Positions 47,949 to 56,407 of a stretch of 64,000 bases of DNA are shown piece after piece (positions within the stretch are counted from its first letter, which is position 1; each line of letters opens with the position of its first letter). Origin of the DNA: a bacterium (GTDB taxonomy: Bacteria; Patescibacteriota; Minisyncoccia; UBA6257; Colwellbacteraceae); assembly GCA_021787205.1 (NCBI GenBank), contig JAJYME010000004.1, forward strand, positions 39,063-103,062. Reading direction: 5' to 3'. The notes below the pieces were generated by a model. That model did not search any database and was not told the origin of the DNA. It saw nothing but the letters and a program-made list of their open reading frames with translations. The translations under genes were made by a program, and so were the position numbers.

Positions 47949-50063
47949 ATGACGGAAAATCTGGACGTTTCCTTGAAGGAAATCAAGGGAATTGGGGAAA
48001 AATTACTGGAAAAACTGAATAAGGTAGGTATTGAAACCGTTGCCGATCTTTTATGGTTCACGCCAGTAAGGATCGAAGATTGGAATAATCCAACGCCAAT
48101 CTCGGAGGTAAAGGAGGACGGATTTTATGTCGTCAGGGGAGTGATTGAGAAGGTGACAGAAAGAAGGATCTGGGCCAGAAAAATGTCCATCGTCGAGGCG
48201 ATGATCGGAGACGGGACGGGTTCGGTCCGGGCAGTCTGGTTCAATCAGGTCTATGTGAAAAGAGGATTTACCAAGGGCGATGAGGTGATAGTCTCGGGAA
48301 AGACGAGTTATAAAGGGAAGATATTCTTCTCATCTCCTACTTGCACGGTCATTGGGGAGGGCTTTGTCCCAAATATCGTTCCTGTCTACAAAAGACCAAA
48401 GGGAGTTTCCTCAAAGACCATCAATACCTTGGTTGGCAAATTATTGCCGATAGCAAGGCTTGAAGAATTCATTCCGGAAGAAATATTAGGAAAGGAAAAG
48501 TTTCTGGAAGTGAACCAGGCGCTCAAGGCAATCCACTTTCCGAATACCTCCCTTGAATGGTGGCAGGCAAAAAAGAGATTCGCCTTTGAGTCCTTATTCC
48601 TGATGCAGTTGGGAAGTTTGATCCAAAAGAAAAAGCTTTCCGAACTGGCGGCGCCAGCGATAAGCCCGGATTACGAATTTTTGAAAAAGACGATCGAGGA
48701 ATTGCCATACCCTTTGACCTTCGCTCAAAAAAGGGTGTTCTATGAAGTATTGAAAGATATGGAGAAAGGGACTCCGATGAGCAGATTGATCCAGGGGGAT
48801 GTCGGATCGGGAAAAACGATTGTGGCAGCGCTCTCGGCGATAGAAGCAGCCAGAAATGGCTATCAGGTGACCCTGATGGCGCCGACAGAAATATTGGCAA
48901 CCCAGCATTATGAGACGATAAAAAAGATATTTGGAAAATTAGGGATTGGGACAGCGCTCTTAACATCAAAAACCAGGAAAATATACTATGGAGACGGATT
49001 GGAGTCTGAGCCGAAGAAAGAAGATATTTTGAACGAGATAAAGTCGGGAAAGATCAAGATAATCGCCGGTACTCACTCTCTCATAGCCGGCGGGGGAAGA
49101 ACAAAGCCCATAATTTTTAACAAACTCGGGTTGGTGATAATCGACGAGCAGCATCGATTCGGAGTCAATGAGAGAGCGAAGCTGATTGACAGATCTAAAA
49201 ATGAGAATTTCTCTCCTCACTTTTTGAGTATGTCGGCAACGCCCATTCCCAGAACTTTGGCAATCGCCATGTTTGGAGACCTTGATTTGTCGGTAATTGA
49301 TGAGCTTCCTAAGAATAGAAAGCCGATCGTAACGAAAGTGGTGGACGGCGAGAGCAGGGACAAGGCCTACGAGTTTATAAGGAGGGAGATAGAAAATGGG
49401 AGACAGGCCTTTGTCGTCTGTCCGATGATTGATCGCGATGAGGAAGAGATAGACTTTTCGAACAACACGATGGCGGATGTAAAGACCGTTACGGAGGAAT
49501 ATAAAAAATTATCCAAGGAGATTTTTCCAAAACTGAAGGTTGGCGTCTTGCACGGAAAGATGAAAGCCGAAGAAAAGGCCCAAGTAATGCAAGACTTCAA
49601 GGAAAACAAGACAAATATCCTCGTTTCAACCTCCGTAATCGAAGTGGGAGTCGATGTGCCAAACGCAACTATCATGATGATCGAGTCGGCTGACAGGTTT
49701 GGTTTGGCCCAGCTCTACCAATTCAAAGGAAGGGTTGGTAGGGGAGAACATCAATCCTACTGCCTATTATTTACCGAAACTAATGGCGAGGAAGCGGTAA
49801 AAAGACTCCAAGCGATAGCGACAGCCAAGAGTGGATTCGAATTGGCAGAAAAGGATTTGGAAATCAGAGGCCCAGGAGAATTCCTGGGAGAAAATCAGAA
49901 GGGGTTGCCAGACGTGACAATGAAGGCTTTGCAAGATAAACAAATGATAAAGGAGAGCCGGGAGGCGGCGATAATGGTGCTTGAGGGCAAGATCGGATTC
50001 AAAGAATTCTCCGTTCTAAAAAAGAAATTAGACCACTTCCAGAAGAGTTTTCATTTGGAGTAA
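47949..50063 (+). CDS. recG: ATP-dependent DNA helicase RecG
   Basis: QGDVGSGKT, DEQHRFGV, SATPIPRT, GRVGRG, DLEIRGPGE. Confidence 0.96.
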   Translation: MTENLDVSLKEIKGIGEKLLEKLNKVGIETVADLLWFTPVRIEDWNNPTPISEVKEDGFYVVRGVIEKVTERRIWARKMSIVEAMIGDGTGSVRAVWFNQVYVKRGFTKGDEVIVSGKTSYKGKIFFSSPTCTVIGEGFVPNIVPVYKRPKGVSSKTINTLVGKLLPIARLEEFIPEEILGKEKFLEVNQALKAIHFPNTSLEWWQAKKRFAFESLFLMQLGSLIQKKKLSELAAPAISPDYEFLKKTIEELPYPLTFAQKRVFYEVLKDMEKGTPMSRLIQGDVGSGKTIVAALSAIEAARNGYQVTLMAPTEILATQHYETIKKIFGKLGIGTALLTSKTRKIYYGDGLESEPKKEDILNEIKSGKIKIIAGTHSLIAGGGRTKPIIFNKLGLVIIDEQHRFGVNERAKLIDRSKNENFSPHFLSMSATPIPRTLAIAMFGDLDLSVIDELPKNRKPIVTKVVDGESRDKAYEFIRREIENGRQAFVVCPMIDRDEEEIDFSNNTMADVKTVTEEYKKLSKEIFPKLKVGVLHGKMKAEEKAQVMQDFKENKTNILVSTSVIEVGVDVPNATIMMIESADRFGLAQLYQFKGRVGRGEHQSYCLLFTETNGEEAVKRLQAIATAKSGFELAEKDLEIRGPGEFLGENQKGLPDVTMKALQDKQMIKESREAAIMVLEGKIGFKEFSVLKKKLDHFQKSFHLE

Positions 50064-50131
50064 TGCGGATCCGCTAATTAGTGGAAAAGAGAAGATAAAT
50101 GTGATATTTTATAAGGGTCACATTTATTTTT

Positions 50132-50203
50132 GCCTCCGTAGTTCAACGGATAGAGCAACGGTCTTCGAAACCGTTGATGAGGGTTCGATTCCTTCCGGAG
50201 GCA
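50132..50203 (+). tRNA. tRNA-Arg(TCG)
   Basis: Acceptor GCCTCCG/CGGAGGC, ACGGT-CT-TCG-AA-ACCGT, TTCGATT loop. Confidence 0.93.
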
Positions 50204-50211
50204 CATAGAAT

Positions 50212-50349
50212 GACAATACATTTTTCCCGATTGACGCGGTCTTCACCCTCCAGCGGGGCGAATCCGCTCAGATCTCGGCAATTTACCAATGCTCTGCATT
50301 GGGCCAATCTAAATTGCCTACGATATGCATCGAGGAAAGATGTATTGTC
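50212..50349. repeat. Nested palindromic element with ~21-bp imperfect terminal inverted repeats
   Basis: GACAATACATTTTTCCCGAT ... ATCGAGGAAAGATGTATTGTC; inner stems GGCAATTTA/TAAATTGCC, CCAATGC/GCATTGG, AGCGG/CCGCT. Confidence 0.7.
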
Positions 50350-50383
50350 TTATACAATATGAAGGATATAAATTTATTAACGA

Positions 50384-51841
50384 ATGACTAATAATATGGA
50401 GATTCCAAGCGAAGTAAAAAAAGTCTTAGCCGAGCTTGCCGGGCGCGGATTCTTGGCGTATATCGTCGGAGGATCGGTGAGGGATTTATTGCTCAATAAG
50501 GCCCCGAGCGATTGGGACATCACCACCAATGCCTTGCCGGATGATGTGCTTTCTATCTTCCCGGATAGTTTTTATGAAAATGATTTTGGAACGGTCGGAG
50601 TAAAGACCGAATCAGATAATGACAACTTGAAGGTGATCGAGGTGACTACTTTCAGGAAGGAGGGCGGCTATTCTGATTTCCGTCATCCTGATAAAATCGA
50701 ATTTACCGAAAAGGTTGAGGATGACTTATCAAGAAGGGACTTTACCATAAACGCCATGGCGATGGATGCGAATGGGAACCTGATCGATGTTTATGACGGT
50801 CGGAAGGACTTGGACTTAAAAGTCGTAAGAGCTGTCGGCGATCCAATCGAAAGATTTGAAGAGGATGCCCTTCGCCTCATGAGGGCTATCAGGTTCGCGG
50901 CTCAACTCGGATTTGATATTGAGGCCAAGACGCTTGAGGCGATTAACCAAAAGGCTTACCTTATCCAGAATATCGCTAAAGAAAGAATCCAAGTGGAGTT
51001 TTCAAAAATCGTGATGTCGGATTCGGCGGCTTGGGGAATCGTTATGTTAGACAGTTGCGGATTGCTCCAATACATCGTTCCTGAATTAAGGGAGGGAATC
51101 GGGGTTACTCAGAACAAACATCATATCTACACTGTTTGGGAACATAATTTGAAAGTTTTCGATTATGCATGTAAAAACAGCCCCAAGTTGGAGGTCAGAT
51201 TGGCAGCTCTTTTTCACGATATAGCAAAGCCAAAAGTAAAAGCGGGGGAAGGGGAGAACTCAACTTTCTATAACCATGAAGTGATGGGAGCAAAGATGGC
51301 GAAAGAAATCTTGAGAAGACTGAAGTATTCGACGGAAGTTGTAGACTGCACGACTCATCTCGTAAGAAATCACATGTTTTATTATAACGTGGGAGAAGTG
51401 ACTGAGGCGGGAGTGAGAAGATTTATAAAAAGGGTGGGCGAGGAGACTCTTGATGATTTGATGGTTCTGCGTGAAGCGGACAGAATTGGCTCCGGAGTGC
51501 CGAAAGCCGTACCTTACAAGATGAGACATCTGAAGTTCATGATCGACAAAGTAAGAAGGGATCCGCTGACTCCGAAGGCTTTGAAACTGAATGGAGATGA
51601 GTTGATGAAGTTGCTCGGAATCGGCCCAGGAGTAAAGATCGGTTTCATCCTCAATATTCTTCTGGAGGAAGTCCTTGATGATCCTCAAAAGAATGACAAA
51701 GAGTATCTGGAGAAGAGGGCGATTGAGCTTAACGATTTTGATGATTCCAGGTTAAAGGAAATGTTCCAAACCGCAAGGAATAAGAAAGATGAGTTTGAAG
51801 CGGCGGCGGAGAAGGAGATAAAAAGAAAACATAAAGTTTAA
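50384..51841 (+). CDS. cca: CCA tRNA nucleotidyltransferase with HD domain
   Basis: VGGSVRD, DWD, RRDFTINA, EDALRLMRAIRF, ERI, HDIAK. Confidence 0.92.
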   Translation: MTNNMEIPSEVKKVLAELAGRGFLAYIVGGSVRDLLLNKAPSDWDITTNALPDDVLSIFPDSFYENDFGTVGVKTESDNDNLKVIEVTTFRKEGGYSDFRHPDKIEFTEKVEDDLSRRDFTINAMAMDANGNLIDVYDGRKDLDLKVVRAVGDPIERFEEDALRLMRAIRFAAQLGFDIEAKTLEAINQKAYLIQNIAKERIQVEFSKIVMSDSAAWGIVMLDSCGLLQYIVPELREGIGVTQNKHHIYTVWEHNLKVFDYACKNSPKLEVRLAALFHDIAKPKVKAGEGENSTFYNHEVMGAKMAKEILRRLKYSTEVVDCTTHLVRNHMFYYNVGEVTEAGVRRFIKRVGEETLDDLMVLREADRIGSGVPKAVPYKMRHLKFMIDKVRRDPLTPKALKLNGDELMKLLGIGPGVKIGFILNILLEEVLDDPQKNDKEYLEKRAIELNDFDDSRLKEMFQTARNKKDEFEAAAEKEIKRKHKV

Positions 51842-51846
51842 TTTTA

Positions 51847-52162
51847 TTTTCGATTCTCGGCCTTACAAATAAAAATAACCCCCACCTTTATACGGGGGTT
51901 ATTCTATCTGTCGGGCATTTTGAGATGCCGAACGAAAACCGCCCACGTATGGGCGGTTTGGTTCTGTCGGGCTGCCGAGACGCTTCGCTATCTCACGTCG
52001 CGGAAGCGTCCGTTCCTGTGAAACCCACGGTTTCACAGACATCCTATACGGAAGGGATACTGAGTCTCCCTTCCGACCCATCCCTTTTCGATTCTCGGCC
52101 TTACAAATAAAAATAACCCCCACCTTTAGGTGGGGATTATTCTATCTGTCGGGCTGCCGAGA
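51847..52162. repeat. tRNA-Pro trailer duplication with hairpin cassettes
   Basis: 70-bp direct repeats 51847-51916 and 52085-52154; 18-bp copy of the tRNA 3' end at 51963-51980. Confidence 0.85.
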
Positions 52163-52219
52163 ATCGAACTCGGTCTTTACGCACCCGAAGCGCACGTACT
52201 ACCGGTATACTACAGCCCG
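52149..52219 (-). tRNA. tRNA-Pro(CGG)
   Basis: Minus strand CGGGCTG/CAGCCCG acceptor, TGCGC-TT-CGG-GT-GCGTA, CCGAG-TTCGATT-CTCGG. Confidence 0.92.
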
Positions 52220-52473
52220 TTTATTTATTTGCTCGGTTGGGTGGCAGCTGGCGTCTATCCTTGTTTGGAAACGTCGCGCACTTGCTGGTTGCTATACAGT
52301 CCGAACATTGAAAATATTACCCTAATCTGGCCTAAAAAACAAGAAAATCGAAGACGATATTAACGCTAATGATAAAGAAGGAGAATCTTGCCGAGACAAG
52401 TTAGGGAGGGAGGAGTCTTGAAGTCAATTCTTGGCAAAATGACAAAATGGGGAAAAACTGATAAGATGAGGCC

Positions 52474-53409
52474 ATGATTAGCATTTTTCAGCGAACAATA
52501 CGCGATGAAAAAGTGAATGCGATTGAAGAATTCCGATCCGGGAGCTGGATTTATGTTGAATCTCCGACGATGGAAGAATTGGCTAATATTGCCAAAGACT
52601 TTGAGCTCGAAGAAGATCTTTTAAAGGATGGATGCGATCCTTATGAGGTTCCAAGAATGGAGGTTGAGAAGAACGCCATCTATCTCTATACCAGGGTACC
52701 GGTAAAGACAAACAACGAGATAACCACAGCGCCGCTACTGATCGTTCTGGGAGTCGATTTCTTCCTGACTATCTCAAATGAGAGATATAACTTTTTCCGC
52801 AAGATGATTTCTCAAGGAAGCGATTTTTTCACTAGCCAGAAAACGGCAATGCTGATTTATGTAATTTCTGAGATACTTGGAATTTACAATGAATCGCTTA
52901 CCAATATCAGAAGACAGGTGAGGATAGTCTCCGACCACATCGAGGAAATCAAGAATGACGATATTGTCAAATTCCTGGATTTCGAAGGGATCATCAATGA
53001 TTTTCTTTCGGCTTTGATTCCTACGAGCGCCATTCTGTCCAACCTCCTGTCGGGCAAGGCGCCAAAGGACTTGATCAAATTATACGAAGCCGACCAAGAC
53101 TTGATTGAAGACCTATTCTTGTATTCAACCCAAACGATCGAGCTTTGCAAATCAAGCCTTAAGACTATCGTCAATATCCGCGAGGCTTACTCCATCATCA
53201 TGACAAATAATCTTAACCGGGCAATCAAATTATTGACGGCGCTGACGATTATCGTTGCTCTTCCAACCTTGGTGACCAGCATATTCGGAATGAATGTCCG
53301 ATTTCCTTTTCCTGAAGGATCGTTTATGGTCTTTTGGGGAATAGTCATCGTCATGATCGGTTCGGTCGGGTTTACAGCGTATTTCTTCATTAAGAAGAAT
53401 TGGTTTTAA
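52474..53409 (+). CDS. corA: CorA-family Mg2+ transporter
   Basis: Two C-terminal TM helices with FGMN signature. Confidence 0.92.
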   Translation: MISIFQRTIRDEKVNAIEEFRSGSWIYVESPTMEELANIAKDFELEEDLLKDGCDPYEVPRMEVEKNAIYLYTRVPVKTNNEITTAPLLIVLGVDFFLTISNERYNFFRKMISQGSDFFTSQKTAMLIYVISEILGIYNESLTNIRRQVRIVSDHIEEIKNDDIVKFLDFEGIINDFLSALIPTSAILSNLLSGKAPKDLIKLYEADQDLIEDLFLYSTQTIELCKSSLKTIVNIREAYSIIMTNNLNRAIKLLTALTIIVALPTLVTSIFGMNVRFPFPEGSFMVFWGIVIVMIGSVGFTAYFFIKKNWF

Positions 53410-53410
53410 G

Positions 53411-53704
53411 ATGGGTTTGAAATTTTCCAGGAACATCGAAGACTTTACTTGTGCCAATTGCGGCGAAAAGATAAAAGGAAACGGGTATACAAACCATTGC
53501 CCAAAATGCCTTTGGAGCCGTCACGTCGACATTTTTCCCGGTGACCGGGCAAACGAGTGCGGCGGGAATATGAAGCCTATCGGGTATGAAACCAAAGGCG
53601 GAAGGATTGTCCTCATACATAGGTGCGAGAGTTGCGGTGAGATAAAGAGAAATAAGATGCAACCAGAGGACGACATGAGCCTTCTGGCAAATTTAGAGAA
53701 CTAA
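53411..53704 (+). CDS. RNHCP domain protein
   Basis: F.C.NCG, TNHCPKCLWSRHVD..PGDR...CGG.M. Confidence 0.88.
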   Translation: MGLKFSRNIEDFTCANCGEKIKGNGYTNHCPKCLWSRHVDIFPGDRANECGGNMKPIGYETKGGRIVLIHRCESCGEIKRNKMQPEDDMSLLANLEN

Positions 53705-53781
53705 AAAACCGCGCAGGGCGCGGTTTTTTAATAAAGACGATCCTATAAAAAAATCAATAATATTAACGTTTGTTAAATTAT

Positions 53782-53844
53782 TTATTTCTTCTTGGCGGCT
53801 TTCTTGGCAGGAGCCTTTTTAACAGCTTTCTTAGCGGCTGGCAT
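53782..53844 (-). CDS. 20-aa Lys/Ala/Pro histone H1-like peptide (absent from ORF track)
   Basis: MPAAKKAVKKAPAKKAAKKK*; TATAAT (53876-53881) and AAAGGTC upstream; hairpin at 53704-53729 downstream. Confidence 0.65.
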   Translation of the reverse strand: MPAAKKAVKKAPAKKAAKKK

Positions 53845-53962
53845 TGGTTTTTTATAAAGTTAAGACCTTTATCTAATTATAAACGGAATCTGCAAAAGTA
53901 AAGCTGTGCATAACTTGCTGTCTTTGCTCGACAACCTTGATAAATGGTATAATGCAGGTGTT

Positions 53963-56338
53963 ATGCGAAACATAATTTGGTTTAAAGATTTAGGGATTGA
54001 AGATGTTCCCGAAGTGGGAGGAAAGAACGCCTCGTTGGGCGAAATGTATAACGCTTTGACTTCAAAAGGCGTTAAATTGGCAAACGGTTTTGCCATTACT
54101 TCAGGAGCTTATAGGACTTTTTTGGAAGAGGCCGGACTTACCGACAAGATTGCCGCTGTTTTGAAAGATTTGAATACGAAAGACATCACAAATCTTCAAA
54201 CCAGGGGAAAGAAAGTAAGAAGTCTTATCTTGGGAGCTGAATTGCCAAAACGGCTGCAGGAGGAAATCGCCGAAGCTTACAAGAAGCTCTCGACGGATTT
54301 TAATAAGAAAAACGTAGATGTCGCCGTCCGATCTTCCGCTACCGCTGAAGACTTGCCGGGCGCCTCTTTTGCCGGGCAACAGGAAACTTACTTGAATATC
54401 AGCGGTGAAAAAGCCCTGATGGAGGCTGTTAAGAAATGTTTTGCATCGTTGTTCACCGACAGGGCAATCTCATATAGGGTCGATAATGGCTTCGACCATA
54501 TGAAAACCTACCTTTCTGTCGGCATCCAGAAAATGGTCCGTTCAGACAGGGCCTGCTCGGGAATTATGTTTACCATCGACCCGGAAACCGGATTCCGCAA
54601 CTCAGTCATCATTAATGCCTCATACGGACTTGGAGAAATGGTTGTCCAAGGAGCGGTCATTCCTGATGAGTTCAAGGTTTTTAAACCGACTCTTGAGAAG
54701 GGGCATAAAGCTATAATTTCCAAGGAGCTTGGCTCAAAAGACGTAATGATGATTTACGGAGAGAAGGGCGCGGCGACCAAGGTCTTAAAGACTCCAGTCC
54801 AAATGAGAGAAAAGTTCTCATTGACCGATGACGAGGCTATCACACTTGCAAAGTGGGGAGTGCTTGTCGAGGAGCATTACGGAAAACCGATGGATATGGA
54901 ATGGGCTAAGGATGGGGTTTCCAAGGAACTCTATATTGTCCAAGCGAGACCGGAAACCGTCCATTCGAGGGAGGATAAATCGGTCATCTCTGACTATGTC
55001 ATGACCAAAAATTCAGGAAAGATCTTGGCTAAGGGCGCATCCGTTGGCAGCAAGATAGCTTCTGGAAAGGCGAATATCATCAAGACGGTATCGGGAATAA
55101 AAGGCTTCAAAGCCGGGGAAGTCCTGGTGACCACCATGACCGATCCCGACTGGGAACCGATCATGAAGATTGCTTCAGCAATCGTGACGGACGAAGGCGG
55201 AAGAACCTCGCACGCGGCAATCGTTTCCCGAGAAATCGGAATCCCTTGCATCGTTGGTTGCGGTGACGCGACCAAGAAAATAAAGCAGGGAGAGGAGGTT
55301 ACCGTAGATTGTTCTACCGGAGGAGAAGGTTTCATCTGGAGCGGAAAGGGGGAATGGGAAGTAAAAACTTACAAGATTGACAATAAAGAAAGACCGAAGA
55401 CGAAGATCATGATGAACGTCGGAAATCCTGATGAGGCCTTTGAAAATTCATTCATCCCTAACGATGGAGTCGGATTGGCGAGAGAAGAATTCATCATTGC
55501 TTCCCATATCGGGATCCATCCCCAAGCATTGATTGACTTCAAGAAACTCAAGGATGCAAAGCTCAAGAAAGCCATAGAGGAGAAGACCGCCGGTTATGCC
55601 AATAAGACTGATTTCTATGTCGATAAGTTGGCGGAAGGAGTCGGACAGATTGCTGCGGCGTTTTATCCGAAACCGGTAATCCTTCGTTTTTCTGATTTTA
55701 AGACAAACGAATATGCGACTCTCTTGGGAGGGGCTGAATATGAGCCTAAAGAGGAAAACCCAATGATCGGATGGAGAGGAGCTTCCCGCTACTATGATCC
55801 TAGATATGAAGAAGCTTTCGGATTGGAGTGTGAAGCTGTCCATAAGGTCCGCGAGGATTTGGGGCTTACAAACTTGATCGTCATGGTGCCTTTCTGCCGA
55901 ACCGTCGAGGAGGGCAAGAAGGTGGTCAAGAAAATGGCAGAATACGGATTAAAGCAAGGCCAGAACGGACTTAAGGTTTATGCCATGTGCGAGATCCCTT
56001 CAAATGTCATCCTGGCAGAAGAATTCCTTGATGTCTTTGACGGAATGAGCATCGGATCAAATGATCTTACCCAGCTTACCTTGGGAATTGACAGGGATAA
56101 TGCCGATCTTGGCAAAATTGCCAACGAGAAAGATGAGGCAGTCAAGAAGCTTATCGCGTCAGTCATAAAGACAGCGAACAAGATGGACAAATACATCGGA
56201 ATCTGCGGACAAGCTCCGTCTGATTATGAGGATTTTGCCTTATTCTTGGTGAAAGAAGGAATCCAGAGCATGTCTTTGAATCCTGATACTGTCATGAAAA
56301 CAACCCAGGCTGTAAAAGAGCTTGAAGACAGAATGTAA
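53963..56338 (+). CDS. ppsA: Phosphoenolpyruvate synthase
   Basis: VGGKNASLGEM, RSSATAEDL, GGRTSHAAI, SIGSNDL, GICGQAPS. Confidence 0.96.
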   Translation: MRNIIWFKDLGIEDVPEVGGKNASLGEMYNALTSKGVKLANGFAITSGAYRTFLEEAGLTDKIAAVLKDLNTKDITNLQTRGKKVRSLILGAELPKRLQEEIAEAYKKLSTDFNKKNVDVAVRSSATAEDLPGASFAGQQETYLNISGEKALMEAVKKCFASLFTDRAISYRVDNGFDHMKTYLSVGIQKMVRSDRACSGIMFTIDPETGFRNSVIINASYGLGEMVVQGAVIPDEFKVFKPTLEKGHKAIISKELGSKDVMMIYGEKGAATKVLKTPVQMREKFSLTDDEAITLAKWGVLVEEHYGKPMDMEWAKDGVSKELYIVQARPETVHSREDKSVISDYVMTKNSGKILAKGASVGSKIASGKANIIKTVSGIKGFKAGEVLVTTMTDPDWEPIMKIASAIVTDEGGRTSHAAIVSREIGIPCIVGCGDATKKIKQGEEVTVDCSTGGEGFIWSGKGEWEVKTYKIDNKERPKTKIMMNVGNPDEAFENSFIPNDGVGLAREEFIIASHIGIHPQALIDFKKLKDAKLKKAIEEKTAGYANKTDFYVDKLAEGVGQIAAAFYPKPVILRFSDFKTNEYATLLGGAEYEPKEENPMIGWRGASRYYDPRYEEAFGLECEAVHKVREDLGLTNLIVMVPFCRTVEEGKKVVKKMAEYGLKQGQNGLKVYAMCEIPSNVILAEEFLDVFDGMSIGSNDLTQLTLGIDRDNADLGKIANEKDEAVKKLIASVIKTANKMDKYIGICGQAPSDYEDFALFLVKEGIQSMSLNPDTVMKTTQAVKELEDRM

Positions 56339-56407
56339 TAATAAAAGGACACCGATCGGTGTCCTTTTATTTTATTAGGATGCGATTTTTGTTATAATGA
56401 ACTACAT

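Noticed and set aside
51847-52162. CRISPR array
   Set aside because: Only two or three unequal tRNA-derived repeats, palindromic spacers and no cas genes.
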